Shown here one piece after another: positions 12,012 to 23,470 of a DNA stretch of 64,000 nt. The translations under genes were made by a program, and so were the position numbers. The notes beneath the pieces were generated by a model that was not told where the DNA came from, did not search any database, and saw only the letters and a program-made list of their open reading frames with translations. How positions within the stretch are numbered: position 1 is the first letter of the stretch; each line of letters starts with the position of its first letter. This DNA is from Eledone cirrhosa (taxonomy: Eukaryota), in NCBI GenBank assembly GCA_964016885.1, contig OZ024740.1, positions 370,078,001-370,142,000 of the forward strand. Direction: 5' to 3'.

Positions 12012-12587
12012 TAACAGATTAAAGTTTAAGCAAAGAATCGCTGCTGTCACCCTTAACGGGATCTTCTGAAACTAAAAAAATATTCTGTGAACGCAGAAGT
12101 AAATATTTCGAAAACGTTGCAACCAAAGGAAGACAGGAAGACGATACTATGGTTCGTGGAAACGTTTCCTGGCAAAGAACGGGAAAAAATGAAGATAATA
12201 CTTCATTATTTGGAGCGGTGAGAACAGACAATGACAAAACCACGTTTATTGTATAAATGAAGTCGTAGACTAATATTCTTTTAGGTGGTTCGTGGAGACG
12301 TTCCCTGGCAATGAACGGTAAAAACGAAGATAATACGTCATTATGTGGACCGTTGAGAACAAGTATACGCAAAGACAAAGCCACGTTTATGGTATAACTG
12401 AAGTGGTAGACTAAAATTAGCTTTAGGCCAATAATCTTTTTTGGGGCAAGGGAAAGTTAATTGAATTTACCCCAGTGCATTACTGGTTCTTTATTTTATC
12501 AACCCCATAAGGATTTGAACTCAGAACGTAAAGGGTCGTAACTCTAAGCTGCAATGCATGTTGTACGATGCTCTACCAATCGATGAC

Positions 12588-12621
<34 letters not shown>

Positions 12622-12955
12622 GGATAATATTTAAATATATTTATATATAGTAATAATAATAAAATTGAAGACTAAAATCCGAAGAGGGCTCGATAAGGAT
12701 AAATATATATCAAATATATAAGAACCGTAGAGCAAATATTTATTAAAACAACAGATTAAAGTTTAAGCATAGAATCACTGATTTCACCTCTAACGGGATC
12801 TTCTGAAACTAAAAAAAAACAATCTGTGAACGCAAAAGTAAATATTTCAAAAAACGTTGAACCGAAGGAAGACAGAAAGACGATACTTTGGCTCGTGGAA
12901 ACGTTCCCTGGCAAAGAACGGAAAAAACGAAGATAATACATCATTATTTGGAACG
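12007..12955. repeat. Two copies of an unclassified repeat (12007-12427, 12742-12955), the first with a ~140-bp internal tandem duplication
   Basis: Direct similarity of 12007-12215 to 12742-12955; unit TGGTTCGTGGARACGTT...TTTAGG repeated at 12150-12285 and 12286-12427. Confidence 0.75.
12431..12582 (-). mobile_element. Degenerate Meta-domain SINE
   Basis: Reverse-complement B box GGATTTGAACTCAG and partial core with internal deletion. Confidence 0.7.
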
Positions 12956-13007
12956 TGGTGGCGACGTTAATGCAATCTACTATCTAGTGAAATTCTGGAA
13001 ATAAACA

Positions 13008-13066
13008 TTACTCTGTTACTCTATTACGTGTCCCAGCCGATAGGCTGAGGTCATGCTGGGGCACCG
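13008..13066. repeat. Short dispersed repeat end (second copy ~14368-14427)
   Basis: TTACTCT..TACGTGTYCCAGCC..AGGCTG.GG.CATGCTGGGGCACC is seen twice. Confidence 0.6.
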
Positions 13067-15039
13067 TGAAATAAGTCTAACATAAAATGTTGATTTGTTG
13101 AAAAGATATGTATTATTATTTGCTTCTCTGGAATGGTTTATGTTTCTATAAAACAATGTTTCTCAATCAGAGAATTATTACACTCACTTCAAATTCTCTA
13201 TAATCAATTTCACATTTTTTTAAAATAAGTTTTTAAAAATTTCTTTTGAACTTTGGACATTATAGAGTTATTGTAAACCATTTTAGAATAAGTTTTACTT
13301 TTACTCTTCTATAATTAGAAATTCTAAAATTTTCCATTCAAAAATCAATTTTGAATGGAAAATTTTAATTTGGGTATATCTACTTGATCTTACGTGAGCG
13401 ATTATTATAAAATTACTTCTTTATAGGAAATATTATCAAATATTGATGAATATTTTCCAACGACAAGAATTTTACTTTAAGTCTTCCATGAGAGTTTTCT
13501 TTTATATGAATCGAAATAAACATATTTGAATTTCGTTGTTCTATAAAGAGCTCAATACATCTGTTTCGGATCTAAGAGGAAACATTTACTAATTACCATA
13601 GTTAAAAAAACAAACAATGTATAATGCGTGAACTTGAAAACCAAAGTCTCCTCAGTAGGTGATGTCTTTTAAAATATATGTTATCCATTAGGAGAATAGT
13701 TGAATATCTGACTCCTAACCGTCACAAGAATGAATACATTACATGTGGTTTTTGGTCTCATGCAGACGGGAGAGAGTTTATATATATAATATATATTGTA
13801 TCACCTTGGGAAATTGTTATAATTAACTAAATATTCTATAATTATAATATTCTATGCAGTTGAACATTCCTTCAAATTCCATTCCTTTATCCTTAAATAT
13901 ACCTAACAATATATTTTTTAAATTGCAGCTTAATGTTTAATTCTGCAGTGAGATAACTGAAATAACTGTAGTTTTCTTAATTTGAAATTTCTATTCATGA
14001 TTAATGCAATGAAAGTTGAATTTGTTTGAGTTTATATTAATACATAGTGGTAACGATATGCTTCTAAATATAAGATAGATTTATAACCAGAAATATTTAT
14101 GATAAACTTTCTGTACAAAATGTCTTTCTTAATACATACTAGATAGATTCCTCCATAATACATTGTAATATTTCGGCGAGATGGCATTAAAGGATTTCTT
14201 ATGCAAAACCCAGAATATATAGCTTATATATCATGTACGCTATGATAAATGCATTTATATTCTAGTAAAACCGAAAGATTACTCAATACGTTGGAGTTTG
14301 CATATGCTTCATATTCTCAAATACAAATTTCTTTTATCATCGTAAATATCTATATATTTCCCCCGGTATTACTCTATTACTCTTATACGTGTTCCAGCCT
14401 ACAGGCTGGGGCCATGCTGGGGCACCACCACTACACACAATATTTCATTAAGATATGTTTATGAAAGCGAACATGATTTCCAAGTAATACGTAAGTCATT
14501 CTATATTATTCTTTATATTTTGAATTCATATATAGCTCTACAAATTATATCACAATATATACATATCAAGTTTAACATAATAATAAAGTTTTAATCTCAT
14601 TGTTTCAGTAACACAAAATTTCAGCTATAGTTGCATATTATAATATAATAAATTTGTTAAATATTAGTATAATTTGTCTTATTTTTTACCTTATCTCTGT
14701 AACGGTAATATTTCTTTTACATTTATTATATTACATGCTTTATTTTATCCATATGTAATCTCTAACTTTATATCTATTTATTTCTTCTTAATTCATTTTT
14801 CAATATTTTTTACATAGTAGTTAGTATACAGCTGTATTACGTCACATCCATTCTCTGTTTATATTTTCGCTTTTGTTTTCAAATAAGGAAATATAATTAC
14901 ATTATAAGGCACGGTACCTTTCAGATATTTTGTACTTGCTCTGATGTCTGACTGCAGTTTAACTGACATTCCTTCCTCTTCAGCTACTTCATAAGCTCCC
15001 TCTTTGTCTCAAGCGCCCAAACTAATAAAAGTAGAAAAC

Positions 15040-15990
15040 ATCAGAGGCTGATGTAGCCATCCCACCGAGGTGTTGGCAGAAACACCTATAAAATCTGAGT
15101 TCTATAAATGCGTGTCCACAAACACTAAAGGACCGGATCCAGCAAATTAGACAGACGTTGAAAGGATACTGAAAGAGTTAATATCCGATATTCAGCATAT
15201 TGCGAGGGTCAGGAAGTATGCGGGCGTTTCAGTGCTCTTTAAACGTGAAGCTCTGGCCAGTTAACAATCTGCGGTATTCTATCAAAGAGGGAAGCATTTG
15301 ATCTATCGGTCTGAGGAAGAAGGACGGAAAATGTCAAGATCTTAGGGAAACCACCGGAAGTGAATATCTGGTGGATATTGGCAGGTATCGTCCTAGAAAG
15401 AGGCCTTATTAGACTTGTTATAGCAATAGTCTCTGTATTATGAACACCTTCTTTCAGCATAGAGACATTCATAAATATATATGGGATAAGTGGAATGTTT
15501 GCTTCAGCTGTTAAATGCTGCGGGCGAAAGAGGCTTGGTTTTGCATCAGATGGAAGGAGGACCTCTTTGTTTAATCAAGAGGTCAAAGATCCCATCCGAG
15601 CAAAGAAGGAGGTTTAAAAAGATTGGCTTGGAAATAAGTCTTCCTTCTCTTACTTTCTGTACAAGCAAGCACAAAGAATCACAGCAGAGACAGTAAAGCG
15701 TCCAAAGTTAAGACATGGGAGGACTTTGGGGATAAGCCAGTATCTGACTTCAGGTCAGCAAATAAAGTGTTCTTGCAGAACATTCACAGTCTCCGTAATA
15801 AGAAGCCCTCTTCCACACTTGCTCTCAAGAACGCGTCAGGAGTTCTCTCGTGTGCTTATAGGCAAGATGTATATTCATGTTTTGTAGACATTGAAGAAGC
15901 ATATGACCCCGAGACCTGCTGTGGATGGTTCTGTAGGAGTATGAGAACGATGGTCAGATTCTTTTTGCCCTGATTTCTCTATACGAATGC
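15040..15990 (+). mobile_element. Decayed RTE-clade LINE with internal deletions
   Basis: APE-domain motif MNTFFQHRDIHKYIW (from ~15440), WEDFGDK..SANKVF and RT motif CFVDIEEAYD. Confidence 0.75.
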
Positions 15991-16849
15991 CTGAGTATTT
16001 AAGTCTCATCATTTTTTTAAATAAATATATATGAATCTAATATATCCCAGATCCTCTTTGTCGTGTACCCCTTCACTTTTCTTTGATTTTCAATATATAT
16101 AATTACATTTGTTAATTAAAGAACTTCTAAGAAGTATTCACTTTTAAATCTTATTTCCTATTGCATACCCGCATGATGCCCAAACGCAAACGTACATGCA
16201 TACACATAAACACACACACACACACACACACACTCACAGCTATATTCACACACACGCAAACGTGGACAGGTAAACACACAACGTTTTAAATTCGCATCGT
16301 GTTAACTAGCTAGGCGTTTTCTACAACTAGAATGCAATCTACATCATAATTGTTCAAGCAGTTGAACTATATTGCTGTTACTCTACTAATTTTATTAATA
16401 ATACTAAAATGTAAGAACCGATTGACTACTTTTAATCACACTTCTATTTTAACAGACGATCACGAGTAGTTGTATGGCTTCGCTGATTGAAATCACTCGG
16501 CAGTTAACTAGAGTATGTATCCAGCCGAACTGGCTTAATAAGCAATAATTCGGGAGATATATTGCAAATGCATTTTTAATCATATCTTCTGCAAATAGCA
16601 ATTGTTTCAGATATTCTCCTATATTTTTTCAATTGCCCAGATATCCGTCACCTACCGTATTCAACCTATTTTACAATGACCTTTATAAACACTGAATTAA
16701 TCAGTAGTAACGCATGCCAAGAATAAATAAATTGTGCAAGTTCCAGGTAGTCAATACGAAAGCATGTGAATAAAATCTGTTCCACGTTTTATAGAAAAAA
16801 ATATGTTTACAAATGTTAACAATCACAGAAATCTAATATTTGATCATTA

Positions 16850-17060
16850 TTTGGCAGTATCGGTAGAGGGTGGTGGATTGGCAGTATCGGTAGAGGGTCG
16901 GACGCCATGTTTTCCAGCATAGTTACGTCCCATTACGATCTGAGTTCAAATCCCGCCGAAGTTGACTTTGCCTTTCATCCTTACGGGGTCGATAAAATAA
17001 AGTACCAGTAATGCACTGGATAATTGCTGGCCTTGTGCCTAAAGTAGAAACAATTATTAT
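16850..17060 (+). mobile_element. Meta-domain SINE with duplicated 5' end
   Basis: TTGGCAGTATCGGTAGAGGGT occurs twice, then the full SINE body. Confidence 0.9.
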
Positions 17061-18871
17061 TTCACTGTAATAAGATTAATTTAAAATAAGAATAACTTGA
17101 ATAATAAATAAAACTTGTTATGATATATATATACCTTAAATTAGTATATATATATACTAATTTAAGGTATCATATCATATATATTATGTGTGATACTTCT
17201 GATTCTCAGTAGAAATACTCAATATGTCCAGAGCATCAAAACATTCAAATATAGAGATATATTTATATATAAAGAGATAGAAAGAGCCATATATCGTTTG
17301 AGAAACAGAGTAGTTTGTACATATATAAAGCACATAATATTTAGGAAAATACGTCAAATTGGAAGAAATTCTTCTTTCCTTGTGATACCATTTCATGATT
17401 CCGGAAACCATAACTAAAATCGATCTAAGCATTTGATCATCGATCAACAACTATTAATGTTGGTAAAGTTACGGGAGACTCGAATCAATTATCAGAGGAA
17501 TTAACATCTTTAAATAAAGTTCAATAGACTTAATTATGTATATCTGCCAGGGACCACGACTTATGCTAACACCATAGATAGCATGGTTTAATAGCGGGTT
17601 AAACGTTGATGATGGATAGTTGATGATCGATGATCGAGACCATCATAATTAATATAGAAAAACAACATACGTTTCAAAACTCGGTCGTAAGGTGGTCCAC
17701 TGATATATTATATAATAAAAAATTATTATGTAAAGGGAGATAATTATCAATAGTTATTCAGCATAACTCGAACTGGTAATCCAGAATAGTCTAAGTTAGG
17801 AATGCAGCAGAAATTACCATATAGGTTTCTGTCTCATCATGAAGAAAAAGATATATCGATGCATAATAATGTTTCTGATTTAGGCATAAAGCAAAACCAT
17901 TTTTTCAAAGATTTACCTTTACATATATAATCCAATGTATTAGAATAATTTAATTGTTGCTCATACAAAACGTCAAGTTTTGGATTACAGCTCGGTGGCG
18001 AGATTGTCTCCCGCTAAACAGAACTTCAAAAAGGTGAATCTCAGCCGGAGTTGTTTTCTAGTTAAAGGAAAAGAATGTTAGTCATCGACCAATTTTGTTA
18101 ATCTTTTACCCCATATATTCTAAACATTAACGATATTTTCACCTACTTAAATATGAAATTAAATGTAGAATCAAATATTGCTATTGAAAACAATTGGAAA
18201 GCAGCTTGATGTGCACTGCTTAGAACAATGCACACCACTAGGGAAATCAATGAAAACTCGTAATAATATTTAACTATATAAATATAAAATCGTTATATTC
18301 AATAACAGTGAACGTGCCTGTATGTGAAAAGTGAATAACCTGAATAACTACTCCATATATTTGAAACGTATGTGTGTGAACGAGTGTCTGAACGAGTGTA
18401 GCTGGTCTGATTAAATATATGATAATACAGAAGTATGAACAGAAACATATTTAGATTTGATAGCTTATTATTCATAGAAATCCCAATTCTCTTGAGGTTC
18501 ATGTTTCTTGACTACAATATTTTCTTTACATTCAAATCGAACGTCAACACATTGTGTGCACAATGTGATGTTTCATTACTATTATGGAAAATCTGAAGGG
18601 AATTATCAGACATAATGTGCTAGGAATAAAGGAATAAAGTGCAACTGATCCAAAGTTTGAGCATTTTGTGACGAGCTGATAGAAATAGTTATAATGCCAA
18701 AACGTTTCAGGAAAACGATGTGAGTGATTTAATTGACCTCAATAGTCGAATAGAACCAGTAACACACTGGGGTCGATTTAATCGACTTCCCCTCCGATAA
18801 AATTGCTGGCCTTGTGCCTAAATCAGAAACTATTATTGTTACTATTGTTACATAATTAACACGAACAGACG

Positions 18872-19075
18872 TTAGAGCGTCGTACACCATGTTTTGCTGC
18901 ATAGAGATACACTCCTTTACGTTCTGAGTTCAAATCCCGCCGAGGTTAAGTTTGCCTTTCATCCTTATGGGTTCAATAAAATAAAAGTACCAGTCACGCA
19001 CTAAGGTCAATTTAATTGACGTTCCCCTCCCCCGAATTTGCTTGACTTCTGCCTAAATAAGATACCAGTATTATT
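18872..19075 (+). mobile_element. Older SINE copy, longer 3' variant (further relics at ~18755-18835 and ~19100-19285)
   Basis: B box plus Meta core plus ..AATTGAC..CCCCTCCCC.. segment. Confidence 0.75.
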
Positions 19076-19287
19076 TCCATCATCATCATAGTTATTAGGA
19101 CGGGGCTTTGGAAGATTTGAGAGAGTCGCGGAAATGCGTTGCTGTACTTGTGGTTCTTTATGTTCTGAGATCAAATCCTGCTGAGCTCAACTTCGCCATT
19201 CACACTTCCGAGTCAAGCACTGCAGTCGATATAATATATTTACCTTGCGCTAAAATTGTTGATCTTATGCCAATCTTAAAAATCATC

Positions 19288-19468
19288 GGCAGTGTCGGTA
19301 GAGGGTTGGACGCCATGCTTTGACGCATAGAGTTACAGCCCTTGCCATTCTGAGTTCAAATCCCGCCGAGGTTAACTTTGCCTTTCATCCTTACGGGGTC
19401 GATAAAACAAAGTACCAGTAATGTACTGGGTAATTGCTGGCCTTGTGCCAAACTAGAAACAATTATTA
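19288..19468 (+). mobile_element. Meta-domain SINE
   Basis: Near-consensus copy, GACGCATAGAGTTAC subtype. Confidence 0.9.
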
Positions 19469-19582
19469 TAACGCCATCTTCATCATCATTTCTCTGATTA
19501 GTCTATATATACTCAGATATATATGTATAAAACACAGTTAATGTGTAGCTATAATGGATGTAATCCCTTCTCTCTTCTTTTT

Positions 19583-19692
19583 ATAATAATTGTTTCTACT
19601 TTAGGCACAAGGCCAGCAAATCATCAGTGCATTACTGGTACTTTATTTTATCGACCCCGTAAGGATGAAAGGTAAAGTCAACCTCGGGGGAT
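19583..19692 (-). mobile_element. Meta-domain SINE, 3' half
   Basis: Reverse complement of core and tail; TCTTYTTTTATAATAAT appears on both sides (TSD-like). Confidence 0.85.
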
Positions 19693-19699
19693 CTTCTTT

Positions 19700-19995
19700 T
19701 TATAATAATAATAATAATAATGAAATTATTGTGTAAAGTGCTCAAATGCACTACAACTCGTCAAAGGTGTATGTATAGTATATAGGATAATATACACATG
19801 TCAGAGAAGTGAATAGTGTATGAATCGTGATATACATGTGTGTATGTGTATGGAGGGTGAACATTAGGTGTAGTTTTGGTGAATCTCGGGAAGCATGGGG
19901 GTTTTAAAGGATGCAATCTCTCGACAGCTAACAACTGGTGCAAGTAGTTTGTTCCATGCTTCAGCAACTCTGAGCGTGAAAAAAAATGTTTTTGC
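19700..19995 (-). mobile_element. 3' end of a CR1/L2-group LINE
   Basis: Minus-strand peptide FFTLRVAEAWNKLLAPVVSCREIASFK matches the CR1-type ORF2 C-terminus (RV..WN.LP..VV....FK); (TTA)n-type tail at ~19702-19720. Confidence 0.7.
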
Positions 19996-21671
19996 TATTT
20001 TCATTTACAGGATATTTAAATATAGTTGCTTAATGTTCCTATTTATAAATATGTTTTCACTTAAAAAAGGAGACAATTATATAAACCAAAAGCTAGAATC
20101 TTATAATAATATTGAAAGCAATTGAAAAGCAATTTAGTATGCACTGTCTATAACAATGCCTCCAGAGAAATCAATGAAATGTATGATAAGAGTTAAATAT
20201 TTGAATATAAAATTTCTTTATTCTGTGAAATGAATAGTTCCTATGTAAATGTTAGTAATTCATGGATACATTATCTTGTGAAATTGGCATAAGGACGGTT
20301 TAAAAGGGTGATCATATTTTGCATTACGAGCTTCCACTACCCCCAATACCCCTATAACTTAAGGGGGCGTAATTGTGTTAATTATGCATATATTAGATAC
20401 TTCTACATTCAGATCTGCATATTTAAATATATAATATTTTCGTAATTTATTTTACTTCAGTTGTACTCAAGACCAAGCTGTCATGCGATTCATATTTGAA
20501 ACAAGCTGGCTCTATCCTGTCTTACATATTGGTGCACATTCAACTGAATAACAGTGTTCATTCAATTATATTTCTGTCATTCTCAGCTCCTGAAATCTCA
20601 GTCCAGCAGATATGTTGCAATTTATGTAAGTATCAACATTTAAATCTTAGTGCATTTTAACTTTTCTCTATAGAGTGGTTGCTCATCCAAACTCGATGTA
20701 CGCAAACAGCTCATCAGATTGACGAGAAATTCATCAGTCAGGTTTCATATTTTATTTCAGTATATATTTCGAAGACATGATACTTCCCCACACCCAAGCA
20801 ATTGACGATCATTAACCCAATATAAGTTCAACCTAAAAGAGGAGCACGAAAGGAGAGTTGTCAATTATGTATGTATATTCCTACGTATGAAAGTACATTC
20901 GTTTGTACATACGAATGTATGTATGTATCTATGTATGTATGTGTAATTATATATTGAATGTGTAGAAAGATAACAGTAAATATAAACACATTTAAAGGGA
21001 AACTCAATATCCGTAATTTACCATCCACACATATATTCGAATAAAGTTGGAATCGAAAATACCTATCTTGGTTAACAATTATGGAGCATTGGCAATGAGT
21101 CAGAAACTGGCAACACACATTTTCTTCATACACTTCATGCGTAACGTGACATAAATAAAATATTTTGGCAAAGTAAATTTCTTATAATGTGTAAGTATGC
21201 ATTGTTGGCAAACAATAATTGTGTTAATTAGGTTTATTGCACACTGTAAAAGTGTATCGCAACTATATGTAAAAGCTTTCAAATATCTATACACAGCCAT
21301 ATCTTTTCCGACAACAGGAGATAATTTCTGTACAAGAGATACATTAATCAGGAAATTAATCAAATAAGAATGAAAGTATATGAAGATTCTTGAATATTTG
21401 AACAGCAACCGACCTTCGTTTCTGTGTAGCAGAATTGTTCTCGCTGATATTTCAGCGCGATACTATTTGAATCGCAGCTGATATATATATATATATATAT
21501 GTAATCTGAGTTTTTCGAATATTAATAATGATTTTCGATTCGTTTGCAATTATGCAAACAAGCCTCATTTTTGAAGCCATGTCAGTAGAATGAGCCGCTC
21601 ATATTATTATTAATATTCGAAAAGCTCAGATTATATTTATTGTATTCAGCCATGTAGAGCGAACATTATAT

Positions 21672-21841
21672 AGTAGAGGGTCGGACGCCATGCTTTGCAG
21701 CACAGTTACGTCCCTTTACGGAATGAGTTCAAAACCCGCCGAGGTTAACTTTGCCTTTCATCCTTAAGGGGTCGATAAAATAAAGTACCAGTAATACACT
21801 GGAATAATTGCTGGTCTTGTGCCAAAAGTAGAAACAATTAT
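21672..21841 (+). mobile_element. Meta-domain SINE
   Basis: Slightly 5'-truncated near-consensus copy. Confidence 0.9.
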
Positions 21842-21852
21842 ATATATATAAT

Positions 21853-22025
21853 GGCGGTGGATTGGCAGTATCGGTAGAGGGTCAGACGCCATGCTTTGAC
21901 GCATAGAGTTACGGCGCTTGCCATTCTGAGTTCAAATCCCGCCGAGGTTAACTTTACGGGGTCGATAAAATAAAGTACCAGTAATGCACTGGGCAATTTC
22001 TAGCCTTGTGCCAAAAAGTAGAAAC

Positions 22026-22030
<5 letters not shown>
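21853..22030 (+). mobile_element. Meta-domain SINE with small core deletion
   Basis: A and B boxes plus tail; GCCTTTCATCC is missing. Confidence 0.88.
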
Positions 22031-22109
<79 letters not shown>

Positions 22110-22189
22110 ATATATATATATTTATATAAATATATATATATATATATATATAAACATACATAAGTGTTTGTGTATATCTATGTATGTAT

Positions 22190-22239
<50 letters not shown>

Positions 22240-22358
22240 ATAGACATAGAATATTCGAAAATATTCTGTATGTTTATAATAAACATTTTGAAGACCTAAT
22301 CGCTATAGAATAGAATACGTCACGTATTACAATTAGATTCTCGATAAAAGCAAGGGAA

Positions 22359-22401
22359 GTAATCTACGCGTTTCATTCTTATTAGAAATCTTCAGGACTA
22401 C
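22359..22401 (-). ncRNA. Type I hammerhead ribozyme (minus-strand copies at 22359, 22669, 22979, 23289)
   Basis: Reverse complement of GTAGTC-CTGAAGA-TTTCTAATAAGAAT-GAAA-CGCG-TA-GATTAC. Confidence 0.9.
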
Positions 22402-23427
22402 ATATCCAGTGCTTTTATCGAGAATGACACAGCTAGAGACTTATAGAATACTTAGCTGTGTACAGAAACTGGTTTGAAAGAGCGGTTGCCGGTCCGGCAG
22501 AAATTAGAAATTGGAATAAATGCTCTGAAATAGCGATATATATGTGAAAATAGACATAGAATATTCGAAAATATTCTGTATGTTTATAATAAACATTTTG
22601 AAGACCTAATCGCTATAGAATAGAATACGTCACGTATTACAATTAGATTCTCGATAAAAGCAAGGGAAGTAATCTACGCGTTTCATTCTTATTAGAAATC
22701 TTCAGGACTACATATCCAGTGCTTTTATCGAGAATGACACAGCTAGAGACTTATAGAATACTTAGCTGTGTACAGAAACTGGTTTGAAAGAGCGGTTGCC
22801 GGTCCGGCAGAAATTAGAAATTGGAATAAATGCTCTGAAATAGCGATATATATGTGAAAATAGACATAGAATATTCGAAAATATTCTGTATGTTTATAAT
22901 AAACATTTTGAAGACCTAATCGCTATAGAATAGAATACGTCACGTATTACAATTAGATTCTCGATAAAAGCAAGGGAAGTAATCTACGCGTTTCATTCTT
23001 ATTAGAAATCTTCAGGACTACATATCCAGTGCTTTTATCGAGAATGACACAGCTAGAGACTTATAGAATACTTAGCTGTGTACAGAAACTGGTTTGAAAG
23101 AGCGGTTGCCGGTCCGGCAGAAATTAGAAATTGGAATAAATGCTCTGAAATAGCGATATATATGTGAAAATAGACATAGAATATTCGAAAATATTCTGTA
23201 TGTTTATAATAAACATTTTGAAGACCTAATCGCTATAGAATAGAATACGTCACGTATTACAATTAGATTCTCGATAAAAGCAAGGGAAGTAATCTACGCG
23301 TTTCATTCTTATTAGAAATCTTCAGGACTACATATCCAGTGCTTTTATCTTTCAAACCAGTTTCTGTACACAGCTAAGTATTCTATAAGTCTCTAGCTGT
23401 GTCATTCTCGATAAAAGCACTGGATAT

Positions 23428-23470
23428 GTAGTCCTGAAGATTTCTAATAAGAATGAAACGCGTAGATTAC
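23428..23470 (+). ncRNA. Type I hammerhead ribozyme (plus-strand copies every 310 bp; predicted cleavage after 23464, 23774, 24084, 24394, 24704, 25014, 25324)
   Basis: Stem I GTAGTC/GATTAC, core CTGAAGA and GAAA, stem II TTCT-AATA-AGAA, palindromic stem III ACGCGT, GUA cleavage triplet; stem I is extended by a perfect 16-bp helix ATTCTCGATAAAAGCA/TGCTTTTATCGAGAAT. Confidence 0.92.

Noticed and set aside
18165-20215. Diverged ~120-bp direct repeats at ~18165-18290 and ~20094-20215 as LTR pair
   Set aside because: No TG..CA termini or internal retroviral coding; more likely an old local duplication or dispersed repeat.
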